A stretch of 64,000 nucleotides of DNA, from assembly GCF_904830925.1 (NCBI RefSeq), contig NZ_LR882967.1:3554106-3618105 (forward strand). Reading direction: 5' to 3'. The notes under the pieces are model-generated. The model did no database searches and was not told where the DNA came from. It saw only the letters and a list, made by a program, of their open reading frames with translations. How positions within the stretch are numbered: position 1 is the stretch's first letter; each line of letters starts with the position of its first letter. This DNA comes from Planktothrix pseudagardhii (GTDB taxonomy: Bacteria > Cyanobacteriota > Cyanobacteriia > Cyanobacteriales > Microcoleaceae). Made by a program: the position numbers and the translations under genes. Shown here piece after piece: positions 17,725 to 27,669 of this stretch.

Positions 17725-20610
17725 TTATTTCGCTTCCATCCAATTTTGTCCCGCGTGAATATCTACAACCAAAGGCACACTTAAAGGAAGCACTTGTTCC
17801 ATAATAGTCTTAATTTTGGGTTGAATTTCTTCCCATTCCGTCTCAGGAATTTCAAACACTAATTCATCATGAACTTGTAATACTAATCGAGACTGATATT
17901 GAGTTAATAATTGATGCACTTGTACCATTGCCATTTTAATAATATCAGCACTAGAACCTTGAATAGGAGCGTTAGCAGCGGCTCTTAATAGTTGGGCATC
18001 ATTTTGACCCATTTTTTTTCCTAATTGGCTTAAATCAATGGAATTAATATCAACTCCTTTTAAATTGTTTAAGCTGCTTCCTTGAAAATCAAAATACCGT
18101 CTTCTTGCTAATATAGTTTCGACATACCCTTGAGCAATTGCTTGTCTTTTAACCGTTTCTAAATAAGCAAAAACCTGGGAATAGCGTTGGTTAAATCGTT
18201 CAATAAATTGCTTACCTTCTGCACTACTCACCTTTGCTTCCCGTGCAAATCGTTGGGCTCCCATTCCATAGATTACACCAAAATTAATGGTTTTCCCTAA
18301 CCGTCGTTCATCGGATGTTACGGTGTCTTTTTCAAATAATAATTTAGCGGTCACGGTATGAACATCTTGATTATTTTGATAAGCGTCTAATAAAATAGGT
18401 TCTTGACTTAAATGAGCTAAAATTCTGAGTTCAATTTGGGAATAGTCGGCTGATACTAATAACCAGTTGGGTTCCGTTGTAAAGGCTTTTCTAATTTTTC
18501 GAGAAAATTCAGTTTTAATCGGAATATTCTGTAAATTAGGATTAGAAGAAGATAACCGTCCTGTTGCGGTAACGGTTTGGTTAAAACTGGTATGAATGCG
18601 TTGTTTAGCATCAACCATTGTGGGTAACGCATCCACATAAGTTGACTTCAGTTTCGCTAAAGTTCGATATTCTAATATAACATCAATAATAGGATGATCT
18701 CCTTGTAATTTTTCTAAAACATTGACATCCGTTGAATAGCCTGTTTTTGTTTGGCGCGTTTTTTTGGTATTTAATTCTAATTTTTCAAATAACAGTTGGC
18801 TAAGTTGTTTAGGAGAACCTAAATTAAATTTTTCTCCAGCTAGTTCATAAGCTTGATTTTCAATAATTTCTAACTGTTTATCGAGTTGCTCTGCCAAAGT
18901 TTGCAAATATTCAATATCGAGATTTACTCCCCAATATTCCATATCGGCTAAAACAAATTCTAAAGGTTGTTCAACATCGGTTAGAAGTTTCATCAGATGA
19001 GGCTTATCTATCAATTTGGCTTTGATGCTTTCTACTAATTGAAAAGTGACATAAACCTGCATTCCGCAATATTCAGCGACTTGATTAATATTAATATCTG
19101 CAATAGTTTTCCCTTTAGGAACTAATTCATCATAACTAGGAGCGATTAATTCAGATCCTAAATGTCTGAGACTTAAATCAATTAAATTATGATTAGCTTC
19201 CGGGTTTAAAATATAATCGGCTAACATTGGATCAAAGACAACACCTTGTAAATTAATGCCCTGAGATCTAAAAATTGACCGATCATATTTAGCATTTTGA
19301 AACGTTTTAGGATAGCGATCACTTTCTAAAATCGGACGTAAAAGATCTAACGTTTGGACTTTATCTAAATTTGTTCCTTGAGTATGATTTAACGGAATAT
19401 AAGCCACATCGGTTGCTTCTGTTCCCCAACAACATCCTATTCCAACTAATTCCGCTTTTAGGAATTCTAAAGAGGTGGTTTCCGTATCCCAAGCAACGGG
19501 ATAGTTAACATCAGTATGCTGTTTTAAAATATCAACTAACTCTTCTAAAGCGTCTGAAGTTTGAATTAAACGCACTTTAATGTTAGACACAGGACTATTT
19601 AACCGTTTTTGCTCTTGGTAAGCTGTGGTTTCTTCCGGTGTCCAAAAATCGATATCGTCCCCAACAGTAACCGGATTTTCTGTAACTTCTGTTTGAATTA
19701 TTCCTTTAAATTGCTGTTGAATTTGATTGATTTTTCCTAAAAATGTTTGAAAGGCTAATTTCTCTAAAATAGGTTGAATTTTAGCGACATCAAACCCTTG
19801 TAATTTAAAATTTTCTAAACCAACCTCTAAAGGTACATCCTGAATAATTCGCGCTAAGGTTTGAGAATGATCCGCATCGGCTTTTCCTTCCTCTAATTTT
19901 TGGCGAGTTGCGCCTTTAATATCCTCAAGATGAGCATAGATATTTTCTAAGGAACCATATTCTCCTAATAATTTAACAGCCGTAGTTTTCCCAATGCCTT
20001 TCACCCCTGGAATATTATCGGATTTATCGCCACATAATGCCTTATAATCAATCACCTGATGAGGATAAATCTGTAATTTATCATAAACTTGTTGAGCTAA
20101 AAACTCTGTAGGAACACTACCTTTGCCCGGTTCTAAATGTAAAATACTAATCTGTTTTTCAAGATCAATTAATTGAAATAAATCCTGATCTCCCGATAAA
20201 ACTTTAACTCGATATCCTTCCCGGCTTCCCCGGTTGGCTAAGGTTCCTAAAACATCATCCGCTTCATAACCCGGAGCCGTAACAATGCTTAAATCAAACG
20301 CTTGTAATAACGCTTGTAAATTCTGCACATCTTCAATAAAATCTTGAGGCGTTTCAGAGCGATCCGCTTTGTAATTTTCATCCGCTTCATGACGAAACGT
20401 AGGAACTCCTAAATCAAAAGCGATCGCTAAATAATCCGGCTTTTGACTTGCCATAACGTCTAATAATGACTTCAAAAACCCAAAACAAACACTGGTCGGA
20501 ATACCCGTTGACGTGCGTAACCCTCCTTGGCGACTTTTCCCAAAGGCAAAATAGGAACGAAATGCCAACGAATGACCATCAACCAAAAGTAATAGGGGAT
20601 GTTCCAACAC
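17725..20610 (-). CDS. polA: DNA polymerase I
   Basis: 961 aa with a 5'-3' exonuclease N-terminus (LLLVDGHSLAFRSYFAF), a 3'-5' exonuclease region, and Pol A motifs (DYSQIELRILAH, RRLGKTINFGVIYG, QVHDELVFE). Confidence 0.95.
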   Translation of the reverse strand: MLEHPLLLLVDGHSLAFRSYFAFGKSRQGGLRTSTGIPTSVCFGFLKSLLDVMASQKPDYLAIAFDLGVPTFRHEADENYKADRSETPQDFIEDVQNLQALLQAFDLSIVTAPGYEADDVLGTLANRGSREGYRVKVLSGDQDLFQLIDLEKQISILHLEPGKGSVPTEFLAQQVYDKLQIYPHQVIDYKALCGDKSDNIPGVKGIGKTTAVKLLGEYGSLENIYAHLEDIKGATRQKLEEGKADADHSQTLARIIQDVPLEVGLENFKLQGFDVAKIQPILEKLAFQTFLGKINQIQQQFKGIIQTEVTENPVTVGDDIDFWTPEETTAYQEQKRLNSPVSNIKVRLIQTSDALEELVDILKQHTDVNYPVAWDTETTSLEFLKAELVGIGCCWGTEATDVAYIPLNHTQGTNLDKVQTLDLLRPILESDRYPKTFQNAKYDRSIFRSQGINLQGVVFDPMLADYILNPEANHNLIDLSLRHLGSELIAPSYDELVPKGKTIADININQVAEYCGMQVYVTFQLVESIKAKLIDKPHLMKLLTDVEQPLEFVLADMEYWGVNLDIEYLQTLAEQLDKQLEIIENQAYELAGEKFNLGSPKQLSQLLFEKLELNTKKTRQTKTGYSTDVNVLEKLQGDHPIIDVILEYRTLAKLKSTYVDALPTMVDAKQRIHTSFNQTVTATGRLSSSNPNLQNIPIKTEFSRKIRKAFTTEPNWLLVSADYSQIELRILAHLSQEPILLDAYQNNQDVHTVTAKLLFEKDTVTSDERRLGKTINFGVIYGMGAQRFAREAKVSSAEGKQFIERFNQRYSQVFAYLETVKRQAIAQGYVETILARRRYFDFQGSSLNNLKGVDINSIDLSQLGKKMGQNDAQLLRAAANAPIQGSSADIIKMAMVQVHQLLTQYQSRLVLQVHDELVFEIPETEWEEIQPKIKTIMEQVLPLSVPLVVDIHAGQNWMEAK

Positions 20611-20670
20611 CGTTTTTAATCCAAGCGCAATACAATCTTTATTCTAACGATCTGCCTTCTGCCTCTGTAG

Positions 20671-21753
20671 GTGAAAATAAAAGAAGATCAACAGATTTCA
20701 AACGTGGAGATCGAAAAATACTACAAAATTTTAAACCTAGAACCGGGGGCGTCCTTAGAGGAGGTCAGACAAGCCTATCGCCATCAGGCGTTGATTTGGC
20801 ATCCCGATCGCTATCCCCAGAATTCTATCTTACAAGCGGAAGCGGAAGCCAAATTTAAAGAAATTAGCCACGCCTACGAAACCTTAAAAACAGATTTAAG
20901 TAGCCCCTACCCTACCCTCCCAACTCCCCCTGTGGTTACTGAGCCTGTCGAAGTACCCCCAACTCCCCCTGTGGTCACTGAGCCTGTCGAAGTGCCCCCA
21001 ACTTCCCCACCTCTACCAATGGGTTGGTTAACCGGGGTCTTTCTCAGCTATGCCATCATTGCCTGGATTTTAACCACATTGAAGATTCCTTCCTGGGTTT
21101 GGGTCTTTCTCAGCGTGGGTTGGCTCATGGTTACGATCGCGGCGAGTGAAGATTCTGAGTCCGGTCAACCTTGGTTAATGGCCTTAATCTTTGCCGGAGC
21201 GATCGCCGGATGGGTGTTAGGAAACGAAGCTGGGGGGATGATTACCGCCCTAGTCTGGGGAGGCGTGGGCTTGGGATTAGGGGCGATGGCAGGCTCAGAA
21301 AGCCCTGCTAAAGGGGTAATTGGGCTCTTGACAATCATGGGAATTGCGGCAATTGCTGGGTTAATCGCCGGAACGAAAAAGGGAGACTGGTTAAGTTCTT
21401 TGGTGGGTGGGGGTTTTGGCTCCATAATGGGATTAATGTTAGGAATTATTTTAGATGCGATTTTTCGGTCTAGGGCGAAACTGGGAACCGGAAGTTTATT
21501 GGGATTAGTCTTAGGAGGATGGATCGGAGCTTGGATCGGCGCCGGGAAACAAGCGATGATGCGGGTGATCCAACGAATGCAGCCAGAGGTGATTATTGCG
21601 GCTTGGGGTGCGATCGCTGTGGTTGCAGGGACGGTGGCGCAAATGGTTGCCGGAGAAAAATTACTTGCGTCCTACAATGGATTTTACACCTTTTTAATTT
21701 TAGCGATTACCTCCGGTCTGGGCTTGAGTTTTGGCTGGTGGTTAGCCCACTAA
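20671..21753 (+). CDS. DnaJ (J-domain) membrane protein with Pro-rich tandem repeat and Gly-rich TM region
   Basis: N-terminal J domain (YYKILNLEPGASLEEVRQAYRHQALIWHPDRY). A duplicated 13-aa PTPPVVTEPVEVP unit follows, then about 6 Gly-zipper TM helices. Confidence 0.7.
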   Translation: MKIKEDQQISNVEIEKYYKILNLEPGASLEEVRQAYRHQALIWHPDRYPQNSILQAEAEAKFKEISHAYETLKTDLSSPYPTLPTPPVVTEPVEVPPTPPVVTEPVEVPPTSPPLPMGWLTGVFLSYAIIAWILTTLKIPSWVWVFLSVGWLMVTIAASEDSESGQPWLMALIFAGAIAGWVLGNEAGGMITALVWGGVGLGLGAMAGSESPAKGVIGLLTIMGIAAIAGLIAGTKKGDWLSSLVGGGFGSIMGLMLGIILDAIFRSRAKLGTGSLLGLVLGGWIGAWIGAGKQAMMRVIQRMQPEVIIAAWGAIAVVAGTVAQMVAGEKLLASYNGFYTFLILAITSGLGLSFGWWLAH

Positions 21754-21877
21754 CTCAAGTGAATCTTAGTACGGAATTGGGAGGATATCTTCCGAAAGAA
21801 AGAGAAAAGTCCCCTCCTTGAAGAAGGATGATCGGGAATTTAAAATTGTCTGTTAACTGTATCACTCAGGGAAAACA

Positions 21878-23236
21878 ATGGAACTTGATTTATCTCGCTT
21901 TTTTAAAGCTTCTAATCCGGCTGAAACCCTCGATGTTGAACGTCCAGAAGATCAAAAATATTATATTGATTTTTCTCCAGCACGAGGCGGTAAGTGCATG
22001 GAACAAATTGCACGAACAATTACGCGGTTATCCCCTGATCGCCCCACCTGCCAACTGTTTACCGGGCCAGTAGGTTCAGGGAAATCAACGGAATTATTGA
22101 GGTTGAAAGCTCAACTCCAAAAAGAAGGATTCCATGTCGTTTATTTTGAATCGAGTAAAGATTTAGATATGGGGGATGTGGATATTACCGATATTTTATT
22201 AGCGATCGCTCGTCAAGTGAGTGAAAGTATTGAAAGCTTGAAAATTAAATTACAACCGAAAGGATTTAAAAGTTTATTAAGTGGAGTCATTAATGTTTTA
22301 AATACAGAAATTGACTTAAAAGCAGATATTAACGTCCCCGGTCTGGGAACATTGGCTGCTAACACAGAAGGAGAATTTTCCCTCTCTACAGGGATTGGAA
22401 ATATTACGGCTAAGACGAAAGATAGTCGAGATTTACGGTCTTTATTACGTCAATATTTAGAACCCCGAACCAATAATATTTTAGAGGCTATCAATAAAGA
22501 ATTATTGGAACCTTCCATCCAACAATTAAAACAGATGGGAAAACAAGGTTTAGTGGTGATTATTGATAATTTAGATCGGATTAGTTATAGCCCCAATAGT
22601 ACGGGAAGATTTCAACCCGAATATTTATTTATTGATCGCGGTGAACAACTCAATAAACTCAATTGTCATGTAGTTTATACCATTCCTTTAGGTTTGATTT
22701 TTTCTAATGATTTAGGACAACTGATGAATCGTTTTGGGAATGACCCAAAAACCTTACCGATGGTGACGGTAAAATTTGAAGATGGCGCACCTTGTCAAGA
22801 GGGAATTGAATTGTTAAGACAAATGGTAATGGCAAGAGCATTTCCAGGTCTGGCTGCGAAAGATTATCCAGCTTTAATTGATACAATTTTTGATAGTCCT
22901 GAAACCTTAGATCGTCTTTGTACCATTAGTGGCGGTCATGTTCGGAGTTTATTAATTTTGTTATATAGCTGTTTACAAAAAGAAGATCCCCCTTTAACAA
23001 GAGAATCCTTAGAAGAGGTAATTCTACAACGTCGTCATCAATTAACCTTAGCCATTGAAGCTGAAGAATGGCAAATGTTACGCCAAGTAGCAGCGACTAA
23101 AAAGTTGAGTGGTCAAATTGAATATCAAACCCTAATCAGAAGTTTATGGGTTTTTGAATATAATCATGCTCAACATTTTTGGTATGATATTAACCCGATA
23201 TTGACGGAAGCTAAGGAGTTTGGATTAGGCATTTAG
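21878..23236 (+). CDS. P-loop NTPase (AAA-like ATPase), function unknown
   Basis: 452 aa with Walker A LFTGPVGSGKSTEL and Walker B LVVIIDNLDRI. It has no partner genes. Confidence 0.55.
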   Translation: MELDLSRFFKASNPAETLDVERPEDQKYYIDFSPARGGKCMEQIARTITRLSPDRPTCQLFTGPVGSGKSTELLRLKAQLQKEGFHVVYFESSKDLDMGDVDITDILLAIARQVSESIESLKIKLQPKGFKSLLSGVINVLNTEIDLKADINVPGLGTLAANTEGEFSLSTGIGNITAKTKDSRDLRSLLRQYLEPRTNNILEAINKELLEPSIQQLKQMGKQGLVVIIDNLDRISYSPNSTGRFQPEYLFIDRGEQLNKLNCHVVYTIPLGLIFSNDLGQLMNRFGNDPKTLPMVTVKFEDGAPCQEGIELLRQMVMARAFPGLAAKDYPALIDTIFDSPETLDRLCTISGGHVRSLLILLYSCLQKEDPPLTRESLEEVILQRRHQLTLAIEAEEWQMLRQVAATKKLSGQIEYQTLIRSLWVFEYNHAQHFWYDINPILTEAKEFGLGI

Positions 23237-23268
23237 AGACATTAAACTTAAACAGATTTAACAGATTT

Positions 23269-23296
23269 TAGCTGGGTAAAGCCCAGCTTTTTTTTG
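23269..23296 (+). terminator. rho-independent terminator
   Basis: AGCTGGG-taaa-GCCCAGCT hairpin followed by T8, 33 bp after the ATPase stop. Confidence 0.6.
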
Positions 23297-23375
23297 ATGA
23301 GGTTAAAATTGAATTTCCTATTATAGTGTTATATGAAATCTTTAAATGTTAGCTACAAACAATTTCTAGGGTGGC

Positions 23376-23495
23376 TATTCCCTATTCCCTATTCCCTATT
23401 CCCTATTCCCTATTCCCTATTCCCTATTCCCTATTCCCTATTCCCTATTCCCTATTCGTAATTCGTAATTCGTAATTCCCTGTTCCCTATTCCCT
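23376..23495. repeat. heptamer short tandem repeat array (CCCTATT)x~12, (CGTAATT)x3
   Basis: Perfect 7-bp periodicity read directly from the sequence. It lies immediately 3' of hemJ. Confidence 0.9.
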
Positions 23496-24052
23496 TACTG
23501 ACTGATAGCTTGCTGAGTGTTTTTTTGCCGATGTATAGCATAGAGTTGAAAGAAAATAATCATCCCCAAAATAAAACTGCCAGTGACAGCAACTGCGGTG
23601 TTAAGGGGTAAACTATTTTTGAATACAGCTAACAACACAATCACTAATAAAAGTACCGTTGGAACTTCATTTAAACTGCGGAATTGTTGACTGGTGAACA
23701 TAATTTTATGAGTGGCTAATTGCCGCATGATCCGACCACAATAAAAATGATAAGCGATTAAAACGGCTACTAATCCTAACTTCAGATGCAACCACATATC
23801 TTTTAAAAGGCTGGGCTCTGTGATTAAAAGAGCGATCGCCATTACCACTGTCACCACCATTCCAGGGGTTGTAATAATCCCATAAAGGCGTTTTTCCATC
23901 AATTCATATTGTTCTTTTAAAATGCTGCGGGCGGGCTCCGGTTTTTCTTCCGCTTCAGCATGATAAACAAATAATCTCACCAGGTAAAATAAACCCGCAA
24001 ACCAGACAACCATTCCGATGATATGAAAGGATTTAAACCAAAAATAAGTCAT
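23495..24052 (-). CDS. hemJ: protoporphyrinogen IX oxidase HemJ
   Basis: 185 aa. The N-terminus MTYFWFKSFHIIGMVVWFAGLFYLVRLFVYHAEA matches the cyanobacterial HemJ (slr1790-like) N-terminus as recalled. 4-5 TM helices. Confidence 0.75.
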   Translation of the reverse strand: MTYFWFKSFHIIGMVVWFAGLFYLVRLFVYHAEAEEKPEPARSILKEQYELMEKRLYGIITTPGMVVTVVMAIALLITEPSLLKDMWLHLKLGLVAVLIAYHFYCGRIMRQLATHKIMFTSQQFRSLNEVPTVLLLVIVLLAVFKNSLPLNTAVAVTGSFILGMIIFFQLYAIHRQKNTQQAISQ

Positions 24053-24121
24053 AGATCCAATGACAACCTAAAAATAAAGGTGGGCATAACCCACCTTACC
24101 GGATTCTGGACAATCTGGCAA

Positions 24122-25507
24122 TTAAATCGCCCTGGATAATCTTTGTTGCTGTTGGGCGGGAGTATGGGTATCAAATAAAAAGGCAATATTTCTGACCAAG
24201 AGTCTGCCTAAGTTTGTCACCACAATTGAATCATAATTGGATTGAACTAACCCATCCGCAATTAAGGGGCGCATCTCGATTAATTCTTCGGCAAAGTAGG
24301 TATCAAAATCGAGGTGATATTTAGATTCGATTTGAGATTTATCTAAGTAGAAATTAGACATAATTTGCATAATTACATCTCGTCTCAGAACGTCATCTCG
24401 GCTTAATTTAAACCCTTTGCTAACGGGTAAAATTCCTTGATCAATGGCTTGATAATACTCTTTTAATCGCTTATGGTTTTGAGCATAGGTATCTTCTAAC
24501 ATACTAATGGAAGTTAACCCAAATCCATAGAGTTCGGCTTCTGGTTGAGTTGTATAGCCTTGGAAATTCCGTTTTAAGGCTGAATTTTGTTGAGCGATCG
24601 CTAATTCATCATTGGGTTTAGCAAAGTGATCCATGCCAATAAAAACATAGCCTTTATCGGTTAATTCTTGGATAGACATTTGCCAAATTTCTAACTTTTC
24701 ATGGGGTTGGGGTAAGGCCGCTTGGGGAATATTTTTCTGTACAGGTTTCATCCAGGGAACATAAGCAAAGTTAAAAATTGCAATGCGATCTGGATCGAGA
24801 GCAAGGGTTTTTTGAATCGTTTCTTTGAAGGTATGTACTGTTTGATAAGGTAAACCATAAATTAAGTCTACATTCACACTTTCAAACCCGGCTTCTTTAA
24901 TCCAGTCCATAACATTAAAGAGCAGAGCTTCGGGTTGAACTCGATTGACGGCTTCTTGAACTTCAGGATTAAAATCTTGAATCCCAAAACTAATCCGATT
25001 AAACCCCATTTCTTTCAAGAAAAAGATATAATTTCTATCCACATATCGAGGATTAATTTCAATTGAGATTTCGGCTTTATCTGCAAAAGTGAACTGTTTA
25101 TTAATGGTTGCCCATAAGGAATCAACCTGTTCTAAGGATAAGTAATTGGGTGTACCTCCGCCCCAGTGTAGTTGTGTGACCGGGCGACGAGTATCAATAA
25201 ACTGGGAGGTAAAATCAATTTCTCTGGATAAATAATCGATATAGCTTCTAGCTGCATCTTTATTATTAGAAACAATCACATTACAGCCGCAGAAATAACA
25301 GGCACTTTGGCAGAAGGGAATATGAAAATAGAGCGATAAGGGCGATTGACGTTGATTGGATTCAGTAATGGCAAATTCCCAATCTAAGGAAGTAAATCCA
25401 TCTTTTAATTCCGTTGCTGGGGGATAGCTGGTATAACGAGGAACCGCATTATCATATTTTTGAATTAAATCAAAATCAAACGCCACATTCGCTACCGAAA
25501 AAACCAT
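24122..25507 (-). CDS. hemN: oxygen-independent coproporphyrinogen III oxidase (radical SAM)
   Basis: 461 aa with the radical-SAM HemN architecture (GGGTPNYL, CxxxCxxC region). Confidence 0.85.
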   Translation of the reverse strand: MVFSVANVAFDFDLIQKYDNAVPRYTSYPPATELKDGFTSLDWEFAITESNQRQSPLSLYFHIPFCQSACYFCGCNVIVSNNKDAARSYIDYLSREIDFTSQFIDTRRPVTQLHWGGGTPNYLSLEQVDSLWATINKQFTFADKAEISIEINPRYVDRNYIFFLKEMGFNRISFGIQDFNPEVQEAVNRVQPEALLFNVMDWIKEAGFESVNVDLIYGLPYQTVHTFKETIQKTLALDPDRIAIFNFAYVPWMKPVQKNIPQAALPQPHEKLEIWQMSIQELTDKGYVFIGMDHFAKPNDELAIAQQNSALKRNFQGYTTQPEAELYGFGLTSISMLEDTYAQNHKRLKEYYQAIDQGILPVSKGFKLSRDDVLRRDVIMQIMSNFYLDKSQIESKYHLDFDTYFAEELIEMRPLIADGLVQSNYDSIVVTNLGRLLVRNIAFLFDTHTPAQQQQRLSRAI

Positions 25508-25557
25508 TGATAGAATCTCCTAAATCAGTTGTAATTGCAGATAATAGAAAAATTGAA

Positions 25558-26205
25558 TTAAACGGTGACTGGAGTTTGGGTTTCTCCTAAATCTTTCAAC
25601 ATGGCAATATTGAGGGTAAAGGCATTATTGGCTTCTGCAACAATTTCATCTTGCAGGTCTTCACTCAGGATTAATTCATTTAATTTTTGACGATATTGAT
25701 TTTTAAATTCATTCACATCAGGAATTTCATCAAATTCATAGAAACAAATACCTTGATGTTCTTCTAAATGAAAGATGGATTGGGCAATTTTCTTTAAGCT
25801 TTGCCCCCCAGATAAATCACCCATGTAGCGAGTATAAGCATGAGCAATTAATAAAACGGGTTCGGTGGCAGAAAGTTCACGCAGTCGGGAAACATAAGCT
25901 TGTGCGGCTGGAGAAGGGGTGATATTATCCGGCCAATGTTCTCCATAATAAAAGGTTAAGTCTTTTTCTAAATTGGCTTTGCGATTCAGTTCTGGACAAT
26001 AAATTTTGCTAATAATCGGATGGGTTTGATGGCATTGCAATTCCGATTCTAATTGACTATAAACAAAGTATAAATTACTTAACAGTTGGCAAAAAGAATC
26101 TCGACTGACACCCCCTGATAAAAAGTTTTTCATAAATCCGGTATGTTCCGCATTGCTATGAGATTGTTGGGTTCCGAGTTTGAGTTTTTCAGCTAAGTTT
26201 GTCAT
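25558..26205 (-). CDS. heme oxygenase
   Basis: 215 aa. Heme oxygenase fold motifs LAEKLKLGTQQSHSNAEHTGFMKNF and the conserved YTRYMGDLSGGQ. Confidence 0.85.
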   Translation of the reverse strand: MTNLAEKLKLGTQQSHSNAEHTGFMKNFLSGGVSRDSFCQLLSNLYFVYSQLESELQCHQTHPIISKIYCPELNRKANLEKDLTFYYGEHWPDNITPSPAAQAYVSRLRELSATEPVLLIAHAYTRYMGDLSGGQSLKKIAQSIFHLEEHQGICFYEFDEIPDVNEFKNQYRQKLNELILSEDLQDEIVAEANNAFTLNIAMLKDLGETQTPVTV

Positions 26206-26300
26206 GGTTTTATCAATGAATTTAAGATGAAACTTCTCTGAAGACTTAACCCATTCCCAACAGAGGAAAACAAGGTTTTGTCTTCACCACTCGAATGAGC

Positions 26301-26348
26301 ATATCACTATATCACTGATTGGTTATATATTCTTTACAATTCTTTACA
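26301..26348. promoter_or_regulatory. tandem direct repeats in the divergent ho/acsF promoter region (candidate regulator binding sites)
   Basis: ATATCACT ATATCACT at 26301-26316 and TCTTTACA at-TCTTTACA at 26331-26348, inside the 228-bp divergent intergenic region. Confidence 0.3.
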
Positions 26349-26433
26349 GGCAAAAAAAATGACAACGGGTACTAGACAAAACCGGAGTCATATAGTTTAA
26401 TAACTAATCAGTAATATTTAAGGACTCGCAGCG

Positions 26434-27510
26434 ATGGTGAATACTGTCCAAAACCCCGGAACTCAAGAACTGCGCCCCGGTATTAAAAATCCGGTTCAAG
26501 AGACATTGCTGACGCCTCGCTTCTACACCACAGACTTTGACGCGATGGCGAACCTAGACTTATCGGCCTATGAGGAGGAATTTTCAGCAGTTTTAGAGGA
26601 GTTACGGTCGGACTATAACCGTCATCATTTTGTTCGGGATGAAGAATTTGAACAAAGTTGGGAACAAATTGATGAGAGAACACGCTTGGCGTTTGTGGAC
26701 TTTTTAGAACGGTCTTGTACTTCGGAATTTTCTGGATTTTTATTATTTAAAGAGTTATCTCGTCAACTCAAAACTCGAAATCCCTTGTTATCTGAAGCCT
26801 TTACTTTATTGGCTAGAGATGAAGCGCGTCATGCGGGATTTATTAATAAAGCCATGTCGGATTTTAATTTATCTTTGGATTTAGGGTATTTAACCAAACA
26901 CCGGACTTATACCTTCTTTAAACCGGAGTGGATTATTTACGCGGTTTATTTATCGGAAAAAATTGGATATTGGCGTTATATTACAGTGTTCCGCCATTTA
27001 GAAGCCCATCCCGAACATCAATATTATCCCTTATTCCGTTATTTTGAAAGTTGGTGTCAGGATGAAAACCGACATGGAGATTTCTTTAAGGTTTTATTGC
27101 GTTCTCAACCGCAAATGTGGCAAAGTTGGCAAGGAAGATTATGGGCTAGATTTTTCCTGTTAACGGTCTTTGCTACCCATACCTTAACGGTTGATGAACG
27201 GGCAGACTTTTATGATACCTTGGGATTAGATGCAAAGGAATATAATCGTCATGTTGTTCGCAAAACCAATGAAACTTCGTTAAGAGCATTTCCAGAGGTT
27301 TTAGATACAGAACATCCCGACTTTTTCCGCCGCCTCGAAAAATGTTCCGAGAACAATGCCAACAACCAAAAAATTGATGCCAGCAACAAACCGAAATGGG
27401 TTAAATTCTTATTAAAATTACCCTCTAACTGTTCAACGTTATGGAATTTATTCAGAATTTATATTACCAAACCCATTGATGCTGAAGCATTACGGGGAGA
27501 AGTGCATTAA
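26434..27510 (+). CDS. acsF: Mg-protoporphyrin IX monomethyl ester oxidative cyclase
   Basis: 358 aa with the di-iron ExxH motifs (DEARHAGF, DENRHGDF) and strong overall AcsF/CHL27 similarity. Confidence 0.9.
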   Translation: MVNTVQNPGTQELRPGIKNPVQETLLTPRFYTTDFDAMANLDLSAYEEEFSAVLEELRSDYNRHHFVRDEEFEQSWEQIDERTRLAFVDFLERSCTSEFSGFLLFKELSRQLKTRNPLLSEAFTLLARDEARHAGFINKAMSDFNLSLDLGYLTKHRTYTFFKPEWIIYAVYLSEKIGYWRYITVFRHLEAHPEHQYYPLFRYFESWCQDENRHGDFFKVLLRSQPQMWQSWQGRLWARFFLLTVFATHTLTVDERADFYDTLGLDAKEYNRHVVRKTNETSLRAFPEVLDTEHPDFFRRLEKCSENNANNQKIDASNKPKWVKFLLKLPSNCSTLWNLFRIYITKPIDAEALRGEVH

Positions 27511-27669
27511 GTTGCGATTCTCAAAACCTGGGATTTAGAGCAGGTTTGGGGTGTAGAAGATTAAGGATAATCCTATGGAACTACACTCCTAAACTAAATA
27601 TTAATTCCGAGAGAAACTGGGTTTTTTCATCAATTTTATCTTGTTCAAAGCCCCGTTTCTACAGAATCC

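Noticed and set aside
20466-20858. 130-aa + strand ORF spanning the polA start and the dnaJ-like start
   Set aside because: Overlaps two well-supported genes on other frames or strands and is Arg/Ser-rich low-complexity.
21519-22073. ORFs of 100 aa and 81 aa (+) overlapping the end of the DnaJ-membrane gene and the start of the ATPase gene
   Set aside because: Alternative frames of strongly supported CDSs. The Cys/Arg-rich composition comes from the Gly-rich frame of the real gene.
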